The notes below the pieces were generated by a model. That model had not been told where the DNA came from. It did no database searches and was given only the letters and a program-made list of their open reading frames with translations. From a virus (lineage: Duplodnaviria > Caudoviricetes), in IMG/VR virus record IMGVR_UViG_3300021225_000301, positions 1 to 62,240 of that record: DNA of 62,240 nt; one strand, written 5' to 3'. The position numbers and the translations under genes are program-made. The stretch's first letter is position 1; every line of letters begins with the position of its first letter. Positions 16,762 to 24,573 of this stretch are shown here, in pieces.

Positions 16762-16776
16762 CTTAGGAGTCCTTAA

Positions 16777-17379
16777 ATGGCATCTACGAACTCTCCCTAC
16801 GGCCTACGAGCCGTAAACCGTAACGACGGCATGCCCTATGCTGGCGCTACGAGTCAGTTCCTGATTGATCCCGCAGGTCTGGCATCCAACCTCTTCAACG
16901 GCCAAGTCGTTATCATTAACGCCAACGGCTACATCGCTCTGTCTACCGCTACCGGTGCAGACCTGACCACCAACAACCTCGGCGGCAACACCCTTGGCGC
17001 TTGGGGCGTGTTCGTTGGTTGCTCGTACATCAACGCGCAAGGTCAGCAGATTTACGCTCAGTACTACCCCTCCGGCACCACCGGCGTGGTTACTGCGTAC
17101 GTCATCACCGACCCGCAGGTTACGTTCCAAGCTCAGCTGGATGGCCAAGTCACCCAAGCCGCCCTTGGTGCGAACACCTTCTTCGCTGCTGCGCAAAGTT
17201 CCGGTGGTGGTTCTACCCAAACTGGCAACTCCACCAGCGCGCTGGAGTCCACGGTTGTTACCACTGCTGCCGCGTTCAAGATCATTGGCTTTGCATCCCC
17301 GCTGACCGACGCCTACACTGAAGTGCTGGTGAAGTTCAACCCGGGCGCTCACGCCTATACCAACGCCGTTGGCATCTAA
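16777..17379 (+). CDS. Probable capsid decoration/cement protein
   Basis: Beta-rich 200 aa directly before the major capsid gene; strong codon bias. Confidence 0.65.
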   Translation: MASTNSPYGLRAVNRNDGMPYAGATSQFLIDPAGLASNLFNGQVVIINANGYIALSTATGADLTTNNLGGNTLGAWGVFVGCSYINAQGQQIYAQYYPSGTTGVVTAYVITDPQVTFQAQLDGQVTQAALGANTFFAAAQSSGGGSTQTGNSTSALESTVVTTAAAFKIIGFASPLTDAYTEVLVKFNPGAHAYTNAVGI

Positions 17380-17392
17380 GGAGTAATTAAAA

Positions 17393-18325
17393 ATGGCTAT
17401 TTCTCGTGCACAGCTACTTAAAGAACTCCTGCCCGGCCTGAATGCCTTGTTCGGTATGGAATACGCTCGCTACGGCGAGGAGCACAAGGAAATCTACGAA
17501 ACCGAGACCTCTGAGCGTTCCTTCGAAGAAGAGACCAAGCTCGCTGGCTTCGGTGCTGCACCTGTCAAGAACGAAGGCTCTGCCATCGCTTACGACAACG
17601 CGCAGGAAGCTTTCACTGCTCGCTACACCCACGAAACCATCGCTCTGGGCTTCTCGATCACCGAAGAAGCTGTGGAAGACAACCTGTACGACAGTCTGTC
17701 TGCCCGCTACACCAAAGCTCTGGCTCGTGCGATGGCCTATACCAAGCAGGTCAAGGCCGCTTCGGTCCTGAACAACGGCTTCAACGGCTCCTACCCGGGC
17801 GGTGATGGTGTGTCTCTGTTCGGCGTGAACAGCTCTAGCTCTCGCGTTGGCCACCCGCTGGTTGGCGGCGGCGTCAACTACAACAGCCCCACCGTGGGTG
17901 TCGATCTGAACGAAACCTCGCTGGAAAACGCCACGATTCAAATCGCTGCGTGGACCGATGAGCGTGGCCTGCTGATCGCTGCCAAGCCGGTTAAGCTGGT
18001 GGTTCCCCCGGCACTGATGTTCACGTCCAAGCGTCTGCTGGACACCGAACTGCGTGTCGCCACTGCTGATAACGACATCAACGCTATCAAGCAACTGGGC
18101 ACCATCTCCGGTGGCTACACCGTGAACCACTTCTTGACCGACCCGAACGCATGGTTCCTGACCACCGACGTTCCCAACGGTCTGAAGCACTTCGAGCGTA
18201 TGGCTCTGGACACCAAGATGGATGGCGACTTCGATACCGGTAACGTTCGTTACAAGGCTCGTGAGCGTTATTCGTTCGGCTGGTCCGATCCCCTCGGCGT
18301 TTGGGGTTCGTCGGGTTCGACCTGA
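17393..18325 (+). CDS. Major capsid protein (Mu gpT-like, HK97 fold)
   Basis: MAISRAQLLKELLPGLNALFG, KNEG, C-terminal YKARERYSFGWSDP. Confidence 0.92.
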   Translation: MAISRAQLLKELLPGLNALFGMEYARYGEEHKEIYETETSERSFEEETKLAGFGAAPVKNEGSAIAYDNAQEAFTARYTHETIALGFSITEEAVEDNLYDSLSARYTKALARAMAYTKQVKAASVLNNGFNGSYPGGDGVSLFGVNSSSSRVGHPLVGGGVNYNSPTVGVDLNETSLENATIQIAAWTDERGLLIAAKPVKLVVPPALMFTSKRLLDTELRVATADNDINAIKQLGTISGGYTVNHFLTDPNAWFLTTDVPNGLKHFERMALDTKMDGDFDTGNVRYKARERYSFGWSDPLGVWGSSGST

Positions 18326-18332
18326 TGAGACT

Positions 18333-18363
18333 GAAAAGGGGGCCTTGTGCCCCCTTTTCTTTT
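18333..18363 (+). terminator. Intrinsic terminator after the capsid gene, potentially bidirectional
   Basis: GAAAAGGGGGC-CTTGT-GCCCCCTTTTC then TTTT. Confidence 0.85.
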
Positions 18364-18379
18364 CCGGTATATTGGTTAC

Positions 18380-18460
18380 ATCCCGGGGTTCCCGGCGTTC
18401 TGACAGTCCCGGCTGACGACATGCAGACAGAACGCCCCAACGAATACTCGCATGTGAGGA
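18380..18460 (+). ncRNA. Structured RNA element, plausibly the Mu-gpT-DE motif
   Basis: 9-bp stem 18394-18402/18428-18436, inner hairpin and two pseudoknot-type pairings; sits downstream of a gpT-like gene. Confidence 0.55.
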
Positions 18461-18463
18461 ATC

Positions 18464-18892
18464 ATGGCACGTACCACTTTCAACGGCCCGGTCGTTTCGC
18501 AAAACGGCTTCATCGGCGGCCACCAAGTCGCTCCCGCAAACGCTGTTAACGCCACTGGCACTGCAACCGCAGCGCAAGTTGCTACCGGCTACATCACTTC
18601 CACCTCGGCTGCTCCGACCACCATCACGCTGCCCACTGGCACGGACCTCGGTTCGGCTATCGGCGCTGTGCAGGGCACCACGCTGGATTTGTACATCGAC
18701 AACACCGCTGGCGCAAGCACTGTGACCGTGGCTGTGAACACCAACGCCATCCTGTCTACCGGCGCTGTTGATGCTGCTGCCGCTGCTGGCACCTTTGGTG
18801 ACCTGACCATTGCGTCTGGCGTTACTGGTATTGGCCGCTTCACCCTGATGTTCTCCAGCCCCACCGCGTACGTCTTCACCCGTACTGCCTAA
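18464..18892 (+). CDS. Virion structural protein (possible head fibre/decoration)
   Basis: MARTTFNGPVVSQNGF; Thr/Ala-rich beta protein. Confidence 0.75.
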   Translation: MARTTFNGPVVSQNGFIGGHQVAPANAVNATGTATAAQVATGYITSTSAAPTTITLPTGTDLGSAIGAVQGTTLDLYIDNTAGASTVTVAVNTNAILSTGAVDAAAAAGTFGDLTIASGVTGIGRFTLMFSSPTAYVFTRTA

Positions 18893-18901
18893 GGGGGCGT
18901 C

Positions 18902-19183
18902 ATGCAATACGACGTTAAATCCGCGTATACAGCAAGTAGCGCGGCTATGGTGACGTACCCTGTTCGGGTTAAGGGCGCGTTTGTTTCTGTCGCTACGGGC
19001 GGCGGAACGCCTGTGACTTTCTACGACAACGCCTCTGCTGGCTCTGGAAACGTGCTGTTGCAGATTGGTGTGGACGCAGCGGGTTGCCACACAGTGGTGA
19101 TCCCCGGCGAAGGGATTCGCGCCGAAAACGGCGTGTTTTGTAACAAGGGCAGCGCGGCAGCGGTGACACTGTTCTATGGCTAA
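18902..19183 (+). CDS. Small beta-rich virion protein
   Basis: IPGEGIRAENGV...VTLFYG. Confidence 0.7.
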   Translation: MQYDVKSAYTASSAAMVTYPVRVKGAFVSVATGGGTPVTFYDNASAGSGNVLLQIGVDAAGCHTVVIPGEGIRAENGVFCNKGSAAAVTLFYG

Positions 19184-19430
19184 GACACCAGCATGGCAGC
19201 GCAAAGAGGGCAAGTCGGAGAAGGGCGGCCTCAACGCGAAGGGCCGTGCGTCTTACAACAAAGCCAACCCCGGGAAACCCGGGTTGAAAGCTCCGCAGCC
19301 CGAAGGCGGCAAACGGCGCGACTCCTTCTGCGCCCGGATGAGTGGCATGAAGAAGAAGCTCACCTCGGCGAAGACGGCGAACGACCCAAACTCCCGGATT
19401 AACAAATCGCTACGCGCATGGAACTGCTAA
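19176..19430 (+). CDS. Small basic protein (RRDSFCARM...SLRAWNC family)
   Basis: Lys/Arg-rich; recognisable phage family. Confidence 0.75.
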   Translation: MAKTPAWQRKEGKSEKGGLNAKGRASYNKANPGKPGLKAPQPEGGKRRDSFCARMSGMKKKLTSAKTANDPNSRINKSLRAWNC

Positions 19431-19439
19431 GGTGTACCG

Positions 19440-19688
19440 ATGGAGATGATGGTTTGGAACATTGTTCTTTCGTTCGTGTCTGCCGCAGCGCTGCTGTGGG
19501 TGAAGTCCATGCACGAAGAGATGAAGCGTTTGTCGATCTTGATCAGCAAGACGCGGGAAGAGCACGCGGATAAGTTTGTGAACAAGCAGGATATGCATAA
19601 CGACATCAATCGCGTTATCACCCGGCTTGATCGGTTGGACGAGAAGCTGGATGCTTTCATGAAGGAGCAGCGCAGTGCCCTCGGTTAG
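19440..19688 (+). CDS. N-terminal TM plus coiled-coil protein
   Basis: Hydrophobic N-terminus; RLDRLDEKLD heptads. Confidence 0.7.
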   Translation: MEMMVWNIVLSFVSAAALLWVKSMHEEMKRLSILISKTREEHADKFVNKQDMHNDINRVITRLDRLDEKLDAFMKEQRSALG

Positions 19689-20157
19689 CGGTAAGCAGCA
19701 CAATTTGATGGCGATGGTCGCCAACGACCCTGCCGCTGCAAAGCGTGTGGGGATTCCCCAATCTGTCGGCAAAGAGTTCGTTCAAGCTGACAAGGGTCTG
19801 AAGTTTGGTAAGGGCAGCACTGGCCGAGCCGATCTCCAGAAAATCAACCGCCCTGACACCCGTCATGGCAAATCTGAACTTTTTGCAAAAGGTGGCGATA
19901 TGAAAGAGTCCAAGGCGATGGTGAAAAAGGAAGTCGGCTTCATGAAGAAAGCTGGCGCTCCCAAGTCCATGATCAAGCATGAGCTGGGCGAGATGACCAG
20001 CATGAAGTACGGCGGCAAGGCCAAGAAAATGGCTGGCGGCGGCATGACCTCTATGGGCAAGGTGAAGACCGCTGCTCCTAGCCGTGATGGTGTTGCCGTC
20101 AAGGGCAAGACCCGTGGCAAGATGGTCACCATGAAAATGGGCGGCAAAGCCTGCTAA
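19675..20157 (+). CDS. Basic Lys/Met/Gly-rich protein with several xxxGG motifs
   Basis: MPSVSGKQHNLMA; FAKGG, MKYGG, MAGGG, MKMGG. Confidence 0.7.
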   Translation: MPSVSGKQHNLMAMVANDPAAAKRVGIPQSVGKEFVQADKGLKFGKGSTGRADLQKINRPDTRHGKSELFAKGGDMKESKAMVKKEVGFMKKAGAPKSMIKHELGEMTSMKYGGKAKKMAGGGMTSMGKVKTAAPSRDGVAVKGKTRGKMVTMKMGGKAC

Positions 20158-20160
20158 GCC

Positions 20161-20436
20161 ATGCGAGCCAGCCGTGGCATGGGGGCCATCAACCCCTCCA
20201 AAATGCCCAAGGGCAAGATCAAAGCCCGGCGGGATAACACCGACTTCACTCAGTACGCTGAGGGTGGGAAGGTCAACGCGGCTGGCAACTACACCAAGCC
20301 TGAGCTACGCAAGCGGATTGTCAGTCAGGTCAAGGCTGCCGCCACGCAAGGCACCGGCGCAGGTCAGTGGTCAGCCCGTAAGGCGCAGCTTGTGGCCAAG
20401 AAGTACAAGGCCGCAGGCGGCGGATACAAGGACTGA
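20161..20436 (+). CDS. Small basic protein (resembles the N-half of DUF5872-like proteins)
   Basis: NYTKPELRKRI...GQWSARKAQL..KKYKAAGGGY. Confidence 0.7.
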   Translation: MRASRGMGAINPSKMPKGKIKARRDNTDFTQYAEGGKVNAAGNYTKPELRKRIVSQVKAAATQGTGAGQWSARKAQLVAKKYKAAGGGYKD

Positions 20437-20438
20437 GC

Positions 20439-20708
20439 ATGAACTGGTCAGACGCGCTGAAGGCGGTAATCCCCGTCATCGTTGCCTCCCTAGCTTGGTT
20501 GCTGGGGCAGGTGGCGGACTTCTCTACGCGTCTGACCAAGATCGAAGGCTCGATGCCTGCGCTGATCACCAAGGAAGGCGTCCCGACGGATAGCCCGATC
20601 AGCGCTGAGAAAAGGGCTGCGCAGAAGGAGCAGTTGATGCTGTACATCAACGAGCTTCAGGTGAAGGTCAGGCTGCTGGAAGAGCGCGAGAGGCTGAACA
20701 AGAAATGA
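20439..20708 (+). CDS. TM plus coiled-coil hypothetical protein
   Basis: VIPVIVASLAWLLG; coupled to the next gene. Confidence 0.65.
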   Translation: MNWSDALKAVIPVIVASLAWLLGQVADFSTRLTKIEGSMPALITKEGVPTDSPISAEKRAAQKEQLMLYINELQVKVRLLEERERLNKK

Positions 20709-20938
20709 AAGCCCCGCAGAAATCGCTAAAGGACTGGACCGCCCAAAAGTGGCGGACTAAGTCCGGAAAACCGTCTTCCAAGACCGGTGAGCGATACCTG
20801 CCCGAGGCCGCGATCAAGTCCCTGAGTCCTGCTGAGTACGCTGCAACAACGCGTGCAAAGCGTGCGGGCAAAGCTGCCGGGAAGCAGTTTGTCGCCCAGC
20901 CCAAGGGCATAGCTAAGAAAACCGCGAGGTACCGATAA
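20705..20938 (+). CDS. Small basic protein (resembles the C-half of DUF5872-like proteins)
   Basis: QKSLKDWTAQKWRTKSGK...ERYLP...GKQFV. Confidence 0.7.
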   Translation: MKAPQKSLKDWTAQKWRTKSGKPSSKTGERYLPEAAIKSLSPAEYAATTRAKRAGKAAGKQFVAQPKGIAKKTARYR

Positions 20939-21114
20939 TGGCTGAGAAGTTCATCCAAAAGGCGATCAAAAAGCCCGGCGCTTTGCGTGCCGCGCTGGGT
21001 GCCAAAGAAGGCAAGCCGATCCCTGCCAAGAAGCTGGCCGCCGCTGCAAAGGCTCCCGGTAAACTAGGCCAACGCGCACGTTTTGCGCAGACCCTGAAGA
21101 AACTGGGGAAGTAA
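20938..21114 (+). CDS. Small basic protein, 58 aa (IQKAIKKPGALR...RARFAQTL)
   Basis: Below the ORF-track cutoff; exactly fills the gap. Confidence 0.7.
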   Translation: MAEKFIQKAIKKPGALRAALGAKEGKPIPAKKLAAAAKAPGKLGQRARFAQTLKKLGK

Positions 21115-22050
21115 ATGGCAACCACCTCCGGCGCAAGCAGCTTTAACCTCGATCTGTCCGAGATCGTCGAGGAGGCGTTTGAGCGCGCCGGTAGTGAACT
21201 GCGCACGGGTTATGACCTCAAGACCGCCCGGCGGTCGCTGAACCTGTTGTTTGCAGATTGGGCCAACCGTGGCCTGAACATGTGGACGTTTGAGCAGGGC
21301 ACCATCAACCTCGTCCAAGGCCAGAACACATACCCGCTGCCCAACGACACGGTGGACTTGATTGAGCATGTGGTGCGCACCGGCGCGGGAAGTGCGGCCA
21401 CTCAGGCAGACCTGTCCATCACCCGGATCAGCGTCTCCACCTACGCCACGATCCCCAACAAGCTTCAGCAAGCGCGACCTATTCAAATCTGGATTCAGCG
21501 CTACAACGGGCAGATTTCTCCCACCGGGCTGGCTATCTCGGGCGGCACCCTGTCGTCCACCAATCCGACCGTCACCCTCGATTCGACCGTTGGCCTTCCC
21601 GCTACTGGCTTTATCAAGGTCGATAGCGAGATCATTGGCTACGGCGCGATTAGCGGGAACACCCTGACAAGCTGCGTGCGGGGGCAGGACAACACGACGG
21701 CAGCCAGCCATACCAACGGCACGGCGGTCTACTGGGCGCAGGTGCCTGCGGTCACAGTTTGGCCGACTCCGGACGGCTCCCAGCCTTACCAGCTTGTGTA
21801 TTGGCGGCTTCGCCGCACTCAGGACATTGGCAGCGGTGTGAACGTGGCAGATGTCCCGTTCCGGTTCGTGCCGTGCATGGTGGCGGGGCTGGCCTATTAT
21901 CTGGCGCTCAAAATCCCCGGGGCCGAGGCCCGCATGGCTACCCTGAAAGCCCAGTATGACGAGGCTTGGGAGTTCGCCAGCACCGAGGACCGTGAGAAGG
22001 CAGCCGTGCGGTTTGTGCCGCGTCGGATGTTCATCGGCGGGACCTTCTGA
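21115..22050 (+). CDS. Head-tail adaptor protein with an inserted beta domain
   Basis: IVEEAFERAG, ARRSLNLL..WANRG, WPTPD, P.RF.PCMVAGLAYYLA. Confidence 0.75.
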   Translation: MATTSGASSFNLDLSEIVEEAFERAGSELRTGYDLKTARRSLNLLFADWANRGLNMWTFEQGTINLVQGQNTYPLPNDTVDLIEHVVRTGAGSAATQADLSITRISVSTYATIPNKLQQARPIQIWIQRYNGQISPTGLAISGGTLSSTNPTVTLDSTVGLPATGFIKVDSEIIGYGAISGNTLTSCVRGQDNTTAASHTNGTAVYWAQVPAVTVWPTPDGSQPYQLVYWRLRRTQDIGSGVNVADVPFRFVPCMVAGLAYYLALKIPGAEARMATLKAQYDEAWEFASTEDREKAAVRFVPRRMFIGGTF

Positions 22051-22439
22051 TGGGTAATCGGTACGCTTCAGGCAAAAACGCCATCGCGATGTGCGATAGG
22101 TGTGGGCAACGCTTTAGGCTTACCGAACTCAAAACCGAGATCATCAAGACCAAGCGGTACAACCTGCTGGTGTGCAAGCAGTGCTGGGACCCGGATCAGC
22201 CGCAGTTGCAGCTCGGCATGTACCCGGTGGACGACCCGCAGGCGCTCAGGAATCCCCGCCCGGACAGCACCTATGTGGTTGCGGGCACTGGCTCGGACGG
22301 GTACCTGACCGGCGGTAGCAGGATCTTCCAGTGGGGCTGGAACCCGGTGGGGGGCAGCAAGTTTTTTGATGCTGCCCTCACGCCTAACAACTTGGTTTTA
22401 TCTGTGCAATTGGGTACAGTAACGGTATCCACGACGTAA
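22050..22439 (+). CDS. Zn-binding conserved late protein
   Basis: CDRCG...VCKQCWD..QPQ...DPQALRNPRPD. Confidence 0.75.
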   Translation: MGNRYASGKNAIAMCDRCGQRFRLTELKTEIIKTKRYNLLVCKQCWDPDQPQLQLGMYPVDDPQALRNPRPDSTYVVAGTGSDGYLTGGSRIFQWGWNPVGGSKFFDAALTPNNLVLSVQLGTVTVSTT

Positions 22440-22448
22440 GGAGTGAAC

Positions 22449-22613
22449 ATGGACGCGAAAACCGCTGTGCGCAAGCACGAGAAGAATATGCACCCCGGCC
22501 AGAAGCCGACCAAACTGAAGGCCGGTGGCAAGACCAACGCCGACATGCTCAAGTACGGGCGCAACATGGCCAAGGTCATGAACCAGCGCAGCCCCGGTCG
22601 CAAAGGAGCCTGA
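22449..22613 (+). CDS. Small basic protein, 54 aa
   Basis: AAGGAG RBS; MDAKTAVRKHEKNMH...LKAGG. Confidence 0.65.
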   Translation: MDAKTAVRKHEKNMHPGQKPTKLKAGGKTNADMLKYGRNMAKVMNQRSPGRKGA

Positions 22614-22614
22614 C

Positions 22615-22815
22615 ATGGCAACCTACAAACAACCCCAATCCGCTCCCCCCGCTAAGTTGGCCCCCGAGGACAACAAGAAGTACATGCGGGAGATGAACGT
22701 GTCTGTGGCTACCAACCGCAGCAACGACTACAAACCGACCAAAACCTCGGGCATCAAAATCCGTGGCACCGGTGCGGCTACCAAAGGCGTGATGGCTCGC
22801 GGTCCGATGGGCTGA
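22615..22815 (+). CDS. Small basic protein (IKIRGTGAATKG)
   Basis: AAGGAG RBS; 66-aa ORF. Confidence 0.7.
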   Translation: MATYKQPQSAPPAKLAPEDNKKYMREMNVSVATNRSNDYKPTKTSGIKIRGTGAATKGVMARGPMG

Positions 22816-22822
22816 GATTTCG

Positions 22823-23518
22823 ATGAACTACACCCAGTTGTCAGACGCCATCAAGGCGTATACGCAAAACTACGAGCAAGAGTTCGTAGACAACATTCCT
22901 GTTTTCGTAAAACAGGCGGAACAGCGTATCTACAACACGGTGCAGTTCCCGTCGCTTCGCAAGAACGTGACGGGGTCGGTGACGACGGCTAACAAATACC
23001 TGTCGTGCCCCAGCGATTTCCTGTCGGTGTACTCGATGGCGGTGATTGATGCCACGGGTAACTACGAGTATCTGCTGAACAAGGATGTGAACTTCATCCG
23101 GCAGGCGTACCCGAATCCGACAAGCGACACAGGCATTCCCAAGTACTACGCGTTGTTTGGCCCGACGGTCTCTGGTGCTGTCATCTCTGATGAGTTGTCG
23201 TTCCTTCTGGGTCCCACGCCAGATGCCGCGTACAGCGTTGAGCTGCACTATTACTACTACCCCGAGTCGATCACGGTCGCTGCGGACGGTCAGACTTGGC
23301 TGGGCGATAACTTTGACTCTGTGCTGCTGTACGGCTCGCTGGTTGAAGCGTACACCTTCATGAAGGGTGAGACCGACATGATGGCGCTGTACGACGGCAA
23401 GTACAAAGAAGCGCTGGCTCTGGCCTCGCGTCTGGGTAATGGTCTGGAGCGCAGCGATGCGTACCGCAGTGGGCAGGCGCGTCTTTCGCCTCTGCCTCAG
23501 AATAACGGAGTCCAGTGA
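22823..23518 (+). CDS. Second adaptor/connector-like protein
   Basis: MNYTQL...FVKQAEQRI, G.PKYY, PTPDAAY, LLYGSLVEA. Confidence 0.75.
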   Translation: MNYTQLSDAIKAYTQNYEQEFVDNIPVFVKQAEQRIYNTVQFPSLRKNVTGSVTTANKYLSCPSDFLSVYSMAVIDATGNYEYLLNKDVNFIRQAYPNPTSDTGIPKYYALFGPTVSGAVISDELSFLLGPTPDAAYSVELHYYYYPESITVAADGQTWLGDNFDSVLLYGSLVEAYTFMKGETDMMALYDGKYKEALALASRLGNGLERSDAYRSGQARLSPLPQNNGVQ

Positions 23519-23943
23519 TGGCGTTTACAGGCAACTACTCCTGCAATACGCTGCGTTTGGGTCTGGCCAACGGCACGATCAACTTTGCCACTGACACGTT
23601 CTATCTGGCGCTGTACACCAATGCTGCGACACTTGACCAAACTACCACTGCTTACACCACGACGGGTGAGGCATCGGGTGGCAATTATGTTGCGGCTGGG
23701 CAGGTTGTTACAGCGACGATTTCGTCGGAAGCGAACAATTCCGGAGGCAGCACGACGTTTATCAACTTCTCGTCTCCTGCGTGGACTGGAGCGATCACGG
23801 CCCGTGGTGCTTTGATCTACACGCCCGGTGACAACGGTGCTGTGTGCGTGCTGGACTTCGGCTCGGACAAGACCTCGACCACATCTTTCACTGTGCAGAT
23901 GCCCGCTAACACCAGCACCTCTGCGCTTATCCGCCTCGTTTAA
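23518..23943 (+). CDS. Tail/fibre-associated structural protein
   Basis: FYLALYT, ITARGALIY, VLDFGSDKTS. Confidence 0.75.
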   Translation: MAFTGNYSCNTLRLGLANGTINFATDTFYLALYTNAATLDQTTTAYTTTGEASGGNYVAAGQVVTATISSEANNSGGSTTFINFSSPAWTGAITARGALIYTPGDNGAVCVLDFGSDKTSTTSFTVQMPANTSTSALIRLV

Positions 23944-23952
23944 GGATCTATC

Positions 23953-24558
23953 ATGGCAAACGAATTTTCCAACTTTGGCGACCACGCACAGGTGACCATG
24001 CAGTCCAACGTCGCGGGTTCTGAGTCTGTCGGTATTGAGGGCTGCTATCACGTTGTCTGCCGTGACGCGGATGGCAACATCAAGTGGGAAGATCAGTTCC
24101 CCAACTTGGTCAACGCCGTAGGCAAAGAGCTGATGCTGGACACGCTGCTGTCTGGCACCTCCTACACGACCGTGGGTCCGTACCTTGGCCTGATCTCTGG
24201 CGCAAGCCCGACGTTCTTGGCTGCGGACACGATGTCTTCGCACGGCGGCTGGACTGAGTTCACCAACTACACCGTGGGTGGCTCGGCTGTGCGTGGCACC
24301 GCATCGTTCAGCGCTGCGACTTCCTCGGGCCTGTCTCCTTCCAACGTGACGACTAAGACCGCTTCGGCGATCACCTACACCATCACGGGTGGCGGCGGCA
24401 CGGTGGGCGGTTGCTTCTTGGTGACCGGCTCTGGCGCATCTTCGACGCAGGGCAACACCTCAGGCACGCTGTACAGCGCGGGCGCGTTTTCGACCGCGAA
24501 GGTTACGACGGCTGGCGATACGGTTTCTGTCACGTACTCGACCACCGCAACCTCCTAA
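23953..24558 (+). CDS. Tail-associated structural protein
   Basis: KWED..PNLV...G, YLGL, GDTVSVTY. Confidence 0.7.
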   Translation: MANEFSNFGDHAQVTMQSNVAGSESVGIEGCYHVVCRDADGNIKWEDQFPNLVNAVGKELMLDTLLSGTSYTTVGPYLGLISGASPTFLAADTMSSHGGWTEFTNYTVGGSAVRGTASFSAATSSGLSPSNVTTKTASAITYTITGGGGTVGGCFLVTGSGASSTQGNTSGTLYSAGAFSTAKVTTAGDTVSVTYSTTATS

Positions 24559-24573
24559 CTAAAGGGGGCTTAA

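Noticed and set aside
18322-18363. CTGATGA...GAAA resembling a hammerhead ribozyme core
   Set aside because: No stem II or stem I can form; GAAA is part of the terminator stem and TGA is the capsid stop codon.
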